From Geobacter metallireducens GS-15 (GTDB taxonomy: Bacteria > Desulfobacterota > Desulfuromonadia > Geobacterales > Geobacteraceae): a DNA stretch of 32,000 nucleotides. How positions within the stretch are numbered: position 1 is the stretch's first letter; the number at the start of each line of letters is the position of its first letter. The stretch spans positions 630,001 to 662,000 of the forward strand of contig NC_007517.1 in assembly GCF_000012925.1 (NCBI RefSeq), in the 5' to 3' direction. The notes under the pieces are model-generated. The model had not been told where the DNA came from, did no database searches, and saw nothing but the letters and a program-made list of their open reading frames with translations. Shown here piece after piece: positions 9,101 to 16,168 of the stretch. A program made the position numbers and the translations under genes.

Positions 9101-12100
9101 TCGTACGGCTACCGCGCCTGTGCGGTGGACTCGGTCAACAACGTCAGCGTGGGAACCGCCGGCAGCGCCATCGCCAGTATCAAGAACAGATGTACGGAGC
9201 TTCCCTCACTTGAGATCAATCCCAATGCCTCATACATCAAGGCCGGCAATACGCTGGGCCTGGATGTCGCCATCACCAGCAACGACACGGGCGTCTGTGC
9301 GGCAACCACCTACACGCTCTCGATAGTGGGCACCGACATCGACGACAGCAACTACACCGTCTCCACATTCAGCGGCAACAACTTCATAATCCCGACCATG
9401 GGGTCGCAGTATACGAAGCTGAACATTACCGCGAAGCCCGGCGCGGTTCAGGGGGCGGTCAAGACCTTCCAGGTGAAGGTCGCCAAGAGCTCCGGCGGAG
9501 AAACCCTGCACGCGGACCCGGTCTATGTCACGGTCAACAAATATGGCACCATGATGCACAGCAGTCTGCAACTGGGCACCACCAAGTACGGTATCTGGGG
9601 GAAGAATTACGACTGCGCCACCTGCCATTCCCCCACCGCCACCAATATCAAGCAGGTCAAAAACAGCATCGCCACCCCGACCGGTAACCGGCCGGTCGTG
9701 TTCAATATTCTCTCCACCGCTTCCAGTGCCAATGTGGCTGGTGTTTTCGGCAATGACCACAGAAGCGGGACAGCCACCACCAATGTGTGCGAAGTCTGCC
9801 ACCACAATGCGCGTTTCCACCAGTACAGCTCGTCGAAGGTGACCTGGAAGGACCATAACAACAACGAAGACTGCATGAAGTGCCACTCGCACAAGCTCGG
9901 TTTCAAGACGGTGGCGCAGGCGGGGTCGTGTACCGACTGCCACGGCTATCCCCCCACCATCAAGGAGCAGCTGGTGGTGCCGACGACCAACGTGCTCTCC
10001 TCGTATGCAACCAATGCCGGCTCCCATGGCAAGCACAACGACCGCGGCCTCAAGTGCCAGGCCTGCCACAGCAACGGCAACCACCTGGTCACCGCCGTAC
10101 CGGACAAAAACATCAATATGGGGTTCAAGGTCAACGGGACCAGCTTCCCCGGTTGGTTCGGCCAATACACCACCGGCATAATGCGTTCGCTGACGCCCCG
10201 TAACGGCTATACCTTTGCGACCGCCCCGGGCACGACGGTGCAGCAGGCACCCGGCACCATAATCAACTGCAATGTCTACTGCCACGGCTGGGACGGCAAT
10301 GGCGGCTACAATACCGATCCGGCCTGGACCGGCATCAGCCAGGTCGGCTGCGGCTCATGCCATGCCGCCACCAACGACCAGCCCCCCACCTCCGGCAGCC
10401 ACCACAAGCATGCCAGCAATGAACCCGGTTTCGGCAACGGCATTGCCTGCAGCAAGTGCCACGGTTTCCGCAATTACTCCACCAGCTCGGCCCACATCAA
10501 CGGCAATGTGGAATGGGATCTCTCCACGCTGCCTCCCGGAACCTTCGGGCTGGCCCTTTACAGGGGCGTGGACAAGGGGAACACCGGCGCTCCGGCCCCC
10601 ACGCCGCCGGGCAGTTACGGTTCCTGCTCCAACCTTTACTGCCACAGCAATGTCCAGAGCAACAACGGCACCGGTCCCCCGACGTCCTATTCCACCCCGA
10701 CCTGGGGGGGGACGACCACCTGCAACAGTTGTCACCAGGCGCAGCCGAATGTGACCGGCGGGCATCCGCAGCATGCCGGCGCCGGCGTGACGGGCTTTGA
10801 TTGCCGCATCTGCCATGGAAACGGCGGTGACGCCAACCCGCTCAACCATGCCAACGACTACATAAACTTCCAGTTCGGCGGCCTTGCCGAGAACACGCAC
10901 TATTCCTACAGCTCGGCCAAGGTGCCCGGCTCCGCCTCCTATGGCACCTGCTACAACGGCAACTGCCACGGCTTGCGCCGTCCCAAGACCGGCCCGACCG
11001 CGCTGACCTGGGGCCCGGCCAATGACGCTATCCCGCTTTGCGACAAGTGCCACACTACGGATCCATCCCTCAAAAATGGCTTCTACAGCACCATGGGCCC
11101 CAACGGGACCACCTCGAACACGGACCCGTACGTTGGCGCCCACTTCCAGCATATCACCTCGATGCCGTTCAAGCTGTCGTCCCAGTACGATTGCTCCGAA
11201 TGCCACAACAAGCCGACCGGCCCCTACACTCCCGGCCATATCGACTCGCAGCTGCCGGCCGAGCTGACTTTCGGCGCAACCGCATCGAGCGGCGCGGTCC
11301 TGACCGGTTACACCAGCGCCCAGCACCAGCCCGGCTACAACTACGGTGCCCACCAGTGCAGCAATATCTGGTGCCACGGCTCCGGCATGGACTCCGTCGA
11401 GGGGACCGGCCTCTACGGTTCCGCCGTGAGCGACGGAGCCACCCCCAATGCCAGCCGGATCGCCTCGCCGGTCTGGAATGCACCGTTCCTGAACGGTACC
11501 ACCGCCGACTGCAACAAGTGTCACGCATCACCGCCGCCGGCACCGCTCCCCGGATACAATCACTGGGACGATGACAACAGCCGCCCCTACCAGGCCAACC
11601 AGTGCATCAATTGCCACAAGCATGTCAATGCGGCCGGCAACGGCTTCACCAAGCCGGAAATCCACGCCAACGGCGTTGTCGACAGCTGTCTGACCTGTCA
11701 CGGCCTCCCGCCGACCGACAACAGCATGACCAACCCGCCGATTAATGCCCTGAGTGCCGGCATGACCGGCGCGCACCAGGGGCATTTCCTGAACCCGAAT
11801 ATCGGCAAGCGCTGCACTTTCTGCCACTACAACAATTCCGGCGACATGCCCAGCTACAAGCTGGAGATCGGTTTCAACGCCTTTGGCGGCAAGGTCCGCC
11901 GCGGAACGTTCTACGGCTACTCCACCCTGACCAACAGCTATTCCCAGCCGATTGTCTACTTCGCGACCATCACCAGCACCACCGTGCGGCGGACCACGAA
12001 CACGGCCAAGCTCAATACCTGTGAGAACGTGTACTGCCACGGTGGCGGCTCGGGCGCGGCCCTGCCACCATTGGGGGGCGGCAGCAACACCAAGCCGGAC

Positions 12101-14803
12101 TGGGAGCTGGGCTATACCGAGGCCACCTGCGGCAGCTGCCACGGCGTGACCGGCGAAACCTACCGGACCAGGGGGTCCCATGGCGCCCATGTGGGCACGC
12201 TCTTTGGCGAGCCGAAACTGGCCTGCTCCAACTGCCACGGCGTCAAGGAGAACAACTACCACGTGAACGGCCAAGTGGAGTGGGAGTTCTACACCTCCGC
12301 CAAGCGGATGAACCAGATTGCGGTCAACGACAGCTTTAAAGACAGCCTCGGCAATGTTGTCGTTCCCGGCTACAAAGCCGCCGGCGCCTCGTCCTTTGCG
12401 GCCAAAGGCGGCACCGGCAACCTGGCGCCCAGCGCCGCGTACGGCACCTGCCAGGTCTACTGCCACAGCGACGTTTACGATCACCAATTCAAGGCGATCA
12501 CCTGGGGTAGCGGCGCCACCACCTGCAACTCCTGCCACCGGGACCAGACCTCGGCCGGCAGGTACACCGGCGCGCACCAGAAACATACCGCCAGTTCGGC
12601 CAACGGAGGCTACGGCATCGACTGCGTCATGTGCCACTACGGTTCCGGCGCCGGCAACCCGCTCCATGTGAACGGCACGGTTGACATCATCTTCAACTCG
12701 TCAGTGGTCGGTCCCAATGGCGTGTATGCACCCGGCGCCACCGAAGGGACCGGTACCTGCAAGAATATCCTCTGCCACGTTTCCGACGCAACCACCGGTC
12801 CGGCCTGGAACGGCGGATCTGCCAGCGGCAGCTATGCCACTGGCACCAACAAGCCGACCTGCATCGGCTGCCACAGCGGCGAGGTCGGCGGCCGCACCGC
12901 GGTTATCCCGCAGTTTGCCGGCGCGTCGCACCACGTCCAGGGTGTAACCATGAGCGCCACCTACTGCTACCCGTGCCATATGGAGGCAAACGCCGACGGC
13001 ACCGCCAATGCCACCTACCATGACCGGACCACCGGCAAGTCGGTTGATCTGGTGCTCTATGGCAACGGCACGCGCGGCACGGTCTTCACCAGGTACACGG
13101 CCGCGGGAAGCGCTACCCGCAAGCGGACGGAATACGCCAAGATCAACAACGTCTGCATCGGCTGCCACAGCACCAAGAACAATGCCACAACGCCCTTCAG
13201 CGCCAGCGGCGATACCAGGACACCCAAGACCTATGCCTGGGACAACAGCAGCATCTTCAACCGGTACAGTTCCACCGCCACCACGCTGTGGGGCAAGGTC
13301 ACCGGCAACGACACGGTGAAGAAGGGGCTTAACAAGGCCTTCTCCGCCCATGGCAATGCCAGCGGCAACCAGCGCGGCTGGGCGTTCGGCTCCTACACGG
13401 GCGGCCCGAAACACAGCAACACCAGCGGCGCCGTCAACAATGTGCTCTGCTTCGACTGCCACAACTCCCACGGCACCGTGGCCAGCGGCATCATGACCAG
13501 CTACTCCAGCGCCACGGGCCGCTACAGCGGCGGCATGCTCAAGACCACCGTCCAGGGGGTCGGCGGCTACAACTCCACCTATGCGCCGGTGGCAGGCGGC
13601 GATTCGGCCGCGCCCAACAGGAACGCCTACAACACGGGTGCGTCCCTCTGCTTCGACTGCCACAACAACAAGACGTCCAATACCTCCATGCCGTGGGGCT
13701 ACAATGACACCTTCGGCTCCAACCAGCCCATCTACGGCTTCCATGACAAGCCGTACTTCGGCAACTACTCCACCTTTGCCATGACGGTCACCTATCCGTA
13801 CAAGGCCAGCAACCCTGGCAACAAGGGGGGCCACTACGGCCCGTCGTCACCGCTGACCACTGCCGTCACCCAGCGGACGTTCGCGAACGGCATCAAGGAC
13901 AATCCGTACTCGGCCGGGGTTTCCTCGCCCATCAACGGCCTCTGTACGCCGTGCCACGACCCCCATGGCGTCAGCAAGAACACGACCTATGTGAGCGACC
14001 GCAACTACGGCGTGCCGCTCCTCAAGGGGACCTGGGTCACCTCCCCCTACCGGCAGGATTCGGCACCGCGGAACACCAACGAAGCCCGGGGCGGCAGTAC
14101 CCATTCATCGTCCTATGTGCCCATTACCGTCGGCAGCACGCCCCGGTACTTCATCGACCAGAACAGCATGCAGGCGGGAACGGTGGGCGAACCGACGACC
14201 GCCCGGTCCTGGACGTTCACCACTTCCGCCGCGACACTGCAGACCACGGCCGATACCCAGTTCGCCGGGCTCTGCACCGGCTGCCACAACAAGTCGGTGC
14301 TCAACAACACGGCGGCGGTGACCGGTGCCCCCGGTTCGACCGGAAGCTGGAAAGCCATGACCCGGATCCACAACACCGTCGATGGCTGGGCACTCACAAC
14401 GGGCAGCGGCGGCAACGTGAGCAACAAAGTGCATGCCTTCACCTGCTCCAAGTGCCACACGCCCCACAACGCCCGGCTACCACGGCTCATGGTGACCAAC
14501 TGCCTCGATGCCAAACATCGCGGCGGGGTGGCTGCCGGCGGGAATCCGGTGGAGTACTCGAAATGGTATCAGAGCGGGGCCGGCAAGGGACGGTTCCCTG
14601 TAGGCGGCGGCGGGTTCAAGTCCCGTGGCTCGGCGATCAACCCGGGGACCTGGTTCTTCGGCAAGTCCCAGAGCACGGTCCAGAACGCGGCGCCGGCACT
14701 GACCCTGACCACCCAGACCCAGTGCCACAACACGGCAACAGCCGGTGGCATAACCTACACCAACTACACGACGCAGCACTGGAACAACAAAACACCGTGG
14801 TAG
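6152..14803 (+). CDS. Giant (2,883 aa) putative lipoprotein: adhesin-like beta-rich N-terminal region fused to a 34-site multiheme c-type cytochrome
   Basis: Single uninterrupted ORF. The ATG at 6152 has a GAGGGAA RBS 5 nt upstream. Lipobox LVVG-C has its Cys codon at 6233-6235. Up to the first heme motif (CATCH at 9614-9628) there are no heme-binding motifs and only a few isolated Cys; this part is T/S/N/G-rich and includes an FN3-like segment (about 8849-9185). After that I count 27 CxxCH, 5 CX4CH and 2 CX3CH. Confidence 0.9.
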   Translation: MGTTIARQIRSMGLRTKIGIIVMLVVGCFLYQIMFKPMIGDTATQTYYFTTDSTSVNLGADGSTSTAASLGGKISMKVGVYAFSRSVSAASNTSEQRMISAYGPVYAAKQTINAPAVTIGVRDRNGTANAIYWKAYVYAYNPAVAPGTGNPTATGAANNARLLWTSDEMEAHPSVQTPLDMTFTNPALQTIDAGQRIKVVITARLASTASSARLFWGGGSNYSFFTVTEAPYVADSVTVSNLADYYAGGLTSVTQGDTNVPMLRFDLYTNVAGGVNWSGGLLDKIGTNTSVLNPLLPVDEPGDVSFSIYRDADNDGVFEPTDTLIGGPYNFSQLTKQGYSLPTPEALTATPRRYFITYTIRKNATYNTTVGARIVDGSYFTVDAAATNGVRNVTSTSSSTPLIQYGGTPVVKNYAADWDAGTSLTNIAETGGPGSTTSTCITRTTAGSAFPLVGLLNYPNHSCASVAGQNYSNTSGSTQPDFVRLYFSGDGYHSDMLSIKGRSFTYRLYTPSGGGTVTLQMFYVTSGGVRVNAPIASTYKSTGTLSQTITTSLSGQDFSNVPLGARLGIQIGVTANAQIGLGGAVGAQLQVEETAALNENVDVGDGFPSVNANVYAGDTSKVIDSFTLSASKAKTVSSISIKGNPLFNSTNIKNVWIYQDNSTGGMLGALDGTDTLIGSTSVITGNVATVSVGSLAIDNKTKRFLVVVDIGDTPNTNVILNALVSDLAVVTSGTIGENSDSSSANLTILPTTTVSGGTAEPPGVIVPSGAGATKLDAFNLATNGGVNDTFSSVTVTLSTTSTLPAGKVISDYVARLDIIKADGTSFGHLTSPTQVNNWQVTTTGLAATTTPTDYYVAVTPKAGQGITYDVKAQVVSVVHSRTTNRLLLSDPSSATVIMDQQPPTDPTLTVATGTYHNDIDRAEINLNWTTATDTSGSAVSYVVVRGLGNAPPPRNCTVDNVKTFPVYSGTGTSLIDKNLDEGISYGYRACAVDSVNNVSVGTAGSAIASIKNRCTELPSLEINPNASYIKAGNTLGLDVAITSNDTGVCAATTYTLSIVGTDIDDSNYTVSTFSGNNFIIPTMGSQYTKLNITAKPGAVQGAVKTFQVKVAKSSGGETLHADPVYVTVNKYGTMMHSSLQLGTTKYGIWGKNYDCATCHSPTATNIKQVKNSIATPTGNRPVVFNILSTASSANVAGVFGNDHRSGTATTNVCEVCHHNARFHQYSSSKVTWKDHNNNEDCMKCHSHKLGFKTVAQAGSCTDCHGYPPTIKEQLVVPTTNVLSSYATNAGSHGKHNDRGLKCQACHSNGNHLVTAVPDKNINMGFKVNGTSFPGWFGQYTTGIMRSLTPRNGYTFATAPGTTVQQAPGTIINCNVYCHGWDGNGGYNTDPAWTGISQVGCGSCHAATNDQPPTSGSHHKHASNEPGFGNGIACSKCHGFRNYSTSSAHINGNVEWDLSTLPPGTFGLALYRGVDKGNTGAPAPTPPGSYGSCSNLYCHSNVQSNNGTGPPTSYSTPTWGGTTTCNSCHQAQPNVTGGHPQHAGAGVTGFDCRICHGNGGDANPLNHANDYINFQFGGLAENTHYSYSSAKVPGSASYGTCYNGNCHGLRRPKTGPTALTWGPANDAIPLCDKCHTTDPSLKNGFYSTMGPNGTTSNTDPYVGAHFQHITSMPFKLSSQYDCSECHNKPTGPYTPGHIDSQLPAELTFGATASSGAVLTGYTSAQHQPGYNYGAHQCSNIWCHGSGMDSVEGTGLYGSAVSDGATPNASRIASPVWNAPFLNGTTADCNKCHASPPPAPLPGYNHWDDDNSRPYQANQCINCHKHVNAAGNGFTKPEIHANGVVDSCLTCHGLPPTDNSMTNPPINALSAGMTGAHQGHFLNPNIGKRCTFCHYNNSGDMPSYKLEIGFNAFGGKVRRGTFYGYSTLTNSYSQPIVYFATITSTTVRRTTNTAKLNTCENVYCHGGGSGAALPPLGGGSNTKPDWELGYTEATCGSCHGVTGETYRTRGSHGAHVGTLFGEPKLACSNCHGVKENNYHVNGQVEWEFYTSAKRMNQIAVNDSFKDSLGNVVVPGYKAAGASSFAAKGGTGNLAPSAAYGTCQVYCHSDVYDHQFKAITWGSGATTCNSCHRDQTSAGRYTGAHQKHTASSANGGYGIDCVMCHYGSGAGNPLHVNGTVDIIFNSSVVGPNGVYAPGATEGTGTCKNILCHVSDATTGPAWNGGSASGSYATGTNKPTCIGCHSGEVGGRTAVIPQFAGASHHVQGVTMSATYCYPCHMEANADGTANATYHDRTTGKSVDLVLYGNGTRGTVFTRYTAAGSATRKRTEYAKINNVCIGCHSTKNNATTPFSASGDTRTPKTYAWDNSSIFNRYSSTATTLWGKVTGNDTVKKGLNKAFSAHGNASGNQRGWAFGSYTGGPKHSNTSGAVNNVLCFDCHNSHGTVASGIMTSYSSATGRYSGGMLKTTVQGVGGYNSTYAPVAGGDSAAPNRNAYNTGASLCFDCHNNKTSNTSMPWGYNDTFGSNQPIYGFHDKPYFGNYSTFAMTVTYPYKASNPGNKGGHYGPSSPLTTAVTQRTFANGIKDNPYSAGVSSPINGLCTPCHDPHGVSKNTTYVSDRNYGVPLLKGTWVTSPYRQDSAPRNTNEARGGSTHSSSYVPITVGSTPRYFIDQNSMQAGTVGEPTTARSWTFTTSAATLQTTADTQFAGLCTGCHNKSVLNNTAAVTGAPGSTGSWKAMTRIHNTVDGWALTTGSGGNVSNKVHAFTCSKCHTPHNARLPRLMVTNCLDAKHRGGVAAGGNPVEYSKWYQSGAGKGRFPVGGGGFKSRGSAINPGTWFFGKSQSTVQNAAPALTLTTQTQCHNTATAGGITYTNYTTQHWNNKTPW
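9614..12778 (+). repeat. Protein-level array of about 7 degenerate heme-binding units (CxxCH .. HxxH .. CxxCH .. H-x-N-G .. CX3-4CH .. W-G) inside the giant gene
   Basis: The motif order recurs through this segment, for example CGSCH..GSHHKH..CSKCH..HINGNVEW..CSNLYCHSN..TPTWG, then CNSCH..GGHPQH..CRICH..CYNGNCH, and so on. The repeat is visible in the protein only; the DNA copies are diverged. Confidence 0.7.
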
Positions 14804-14874
14804 AATGCCGGCAGACAGGCGGGGGGGAGTCCGTGGCTTGCCCCCGCCCCGGCACACAGAAAGGAGATGATCGG

Positions 14875-14937
14875 ATGAAAAAGCGCAGCTATGTCAAGCC
14901 GAGGATCGTCGGATCGGCGAATGTTCATCCCTGCTGA
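14875..14937 (+). CDS. 20-codon ORF MKKRSYVKPRIVGSANVHPC; candidate small peptide or RiPP-type precursor
   Basis: Canonical AAGGAG (14861-14866) lies 8 nt upstream of the ATG. The N-terminus is Lys-rich and the C-terminal residue is Cys. TGA at 14935-14937 is followed 24 nt later by a strong intrinsic terminator. The track shows these codons only as the tail of an off-frame 328-aa ORF. Confidence 0.4.
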   Translation: MKKRSYVKPRIVGSANVHPC

Positions 14938-14961
14938 GGCGGAGACCGCAAGGGGAGACAG

Positions 14962-14995
14962 AGGTGGGGCCTGTTCATGGTCCCACCTTTTGTCA
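14962..14995 (+). terminator. Rho-independent terminator closing the cytochrome operon
   Basis: AGGTGGGGCC (14962-14971), 7-nt loop TGTTCAT, then GGTCCCACCT (14979-14988). This is a 10-bp stem with one G.U pair, followed by TTTGTCATTT. Confidence 0.7.
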
Positions 14996-15017
14996 TTTGA
15001 GGGGGTGGGTATTCATG

Positions 15018-15044
15018 TTGCAAGGGCAATTCAGCGCTTGCAAC
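15018..15044 (+). promoter_or_regulatory. Inverted repeat GTTGCAAG-N11-CTTGCAAC upstream of the ankyrin-led operon (possible operator or promoter element)
   Basis: Perfect 8-bp arms at 15018-15025 and 15037-15044, located between the terminator and the ATG at 15133. The right arm contains TTGCAA (a -35-like hexamer) 19 nt upstream of TATACT (15063-15068). That spacing is long, so the sigma-70 assignment is weak. Confidence 0.3.
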
Positions 15045-15132
15045 GTGGTACGGAGTGAAGAGTATACTGTTCGTGATTTCAGCAAGGTGGCCCGAGAATC
15101 CGCGGAATTGCCGCCACTAACGGAGAAAAACG

Positions 15133-16167
15133 ATGCTGAACAAATGTTTGTTGCTGACCGGTGCCCTGATTGCCGTGCTGACCGCCCCCCTGGCCGCTCC
15201 GGCCTACGAATACGACCAGGAGCAGACCCGGAAGCTGATCGAGAACATGGTCAGGGACCTCGGCGGGCATGACGGCCTGCGCGCGAACAGCGGTAAAGTC
15301 ATGCGCTGCGTCCATGGCGGCACGAAAAAGGTGACCATCGTTCAAAACGGTGCGCTGACGACCTACAACGGGGTGTACAGCAACTGCCGCGAAAATGATT
15401 CCATCAGGGACGGCATTTACGACATCGCCCTCGAAGGAAATGAAGTCACCGTCAGTTCCTCAAAACGCTCCATCAACGGTGAACTGTTCGATGCCGCCAT
15501 GGGGGGTGACGCGAAAGCCGTCAAAAGATTGGTCAAGGCCAAGGCCGATGTCAATTATACGGAAAGCATCAAGAAAAGCGGCGGCGGTCACATCGACGAG
15601 TGGACGCCGCTCATGTCGGCTGTGGCCTCGGGAAGCCTGGATTCCGTGAAGCAGCTGGTCACCGCGGGGGCCTGGGTCAACTACATGAACAGCATGGCCG
15701 TGAACGCGCTCTGGATCGCCGCCAATAAGGGCGATGTCGCCATCGTTAAATATCTCCTGAAGTCGGGCGCTTATGTCAATAACCGGAACTTCGAGGATGT
15801 CACGCCGCTCATGGCGGCTTCCATGAACGGGCATGGGGAGGTGGTTAAAGCCCTGATCGCCGCCCGGGCAAAGCTCGATTACGTCCACAGCGGGGGTGAT
15901 ACCGCCCTGATGTTCGCCCTGGCAGGCAGGCACACGGCTGTGGCGCGGCTCCTGCTGGCTGCCGGCGCTGATGTGAACGTGAGGAACCGCGACGGACTCA
16001 CGGCCCTGCACATCGCCGTGTCGGAAGGGAATCTGGAGATGGTGCGCGGGCTTCTGAAACGTAAGGCCGATGTGTCGGCCACAATGGACAGCGGCAAGAA
16101 CGCGCTGGATATAGCCCGAGCCAGGGGAAATGCCGCCATCGTGGAACTGCTGGAAAAGGGACGATAA
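15133..16167 (+). CDS. Secreted (periplasmic) ankyrin-repeat protein
   Basis: Sec-type signal peptide MLNKCLLLTGALIAVLTAPLAAPA|YE. After a 110-aa N-terminal domain there are about 7 tandem 33-aa ankyrin repeats (..TPLMSAVASGSLDSVKQLVTAGAWVN.., ..TPLMAASMNGHGEVVKALIAARAKLD.., ..TALHIAVSEGNLEMVRGLLKRKADVS..). GGAG lies 7 nt upstream of the ATG. Confidence 0.9.
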   Translation: MLNKCLLLTGALIAVLTAPLAAPAYEYDQEQTRKLIENMVRDLGGHDGLRANSGKVMRCVHGGTKKVTIVQNGALTTYNGVYSNCRENDSIRDGIYDIALEGNEVTVSSSKRSINGELFDAAMGGDAKAVKRLVKAKADVNYTESIKKSGGGHIDEWTPLMSAVASGSLDSVKQLVTAGAWVNYMNSMAVNALWIAANKGDVAIVKYLLKSGAYVNNRNFEDVTPLMAASMNGHGEVVKALIAARAKLDYVHSGGDTALMFALAGRHTAVARLLLAAGADVNVRNRDGLTALHIAVSEGNLEMVRGLLKRKADVSATMDSGKNALDIARARGNAAIVELLEKGR

Positions 16168-16168
16168 C

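Noticed and set aside
3445-14803. Periodic sequence that might have been a DNA-level tandem repeat or a CRISPR-like array
   Set aside because: The periodicity is at the protein-motif level (heme-binding units). The nucleotide copies are diverged, have variable spacing and lie within one continuous reading frame.
13951-14937. 328-aa + strand ORF overlapping the 3' end of the giant cytochrome gene
   Set aside because: It is out of frame with the cytochrome, and its translation is Arg/Pro/Gln-rich nonsense. Only its last 20 codons (14875..14937), which have their own SD and lie in the intergenic space, are plausible.
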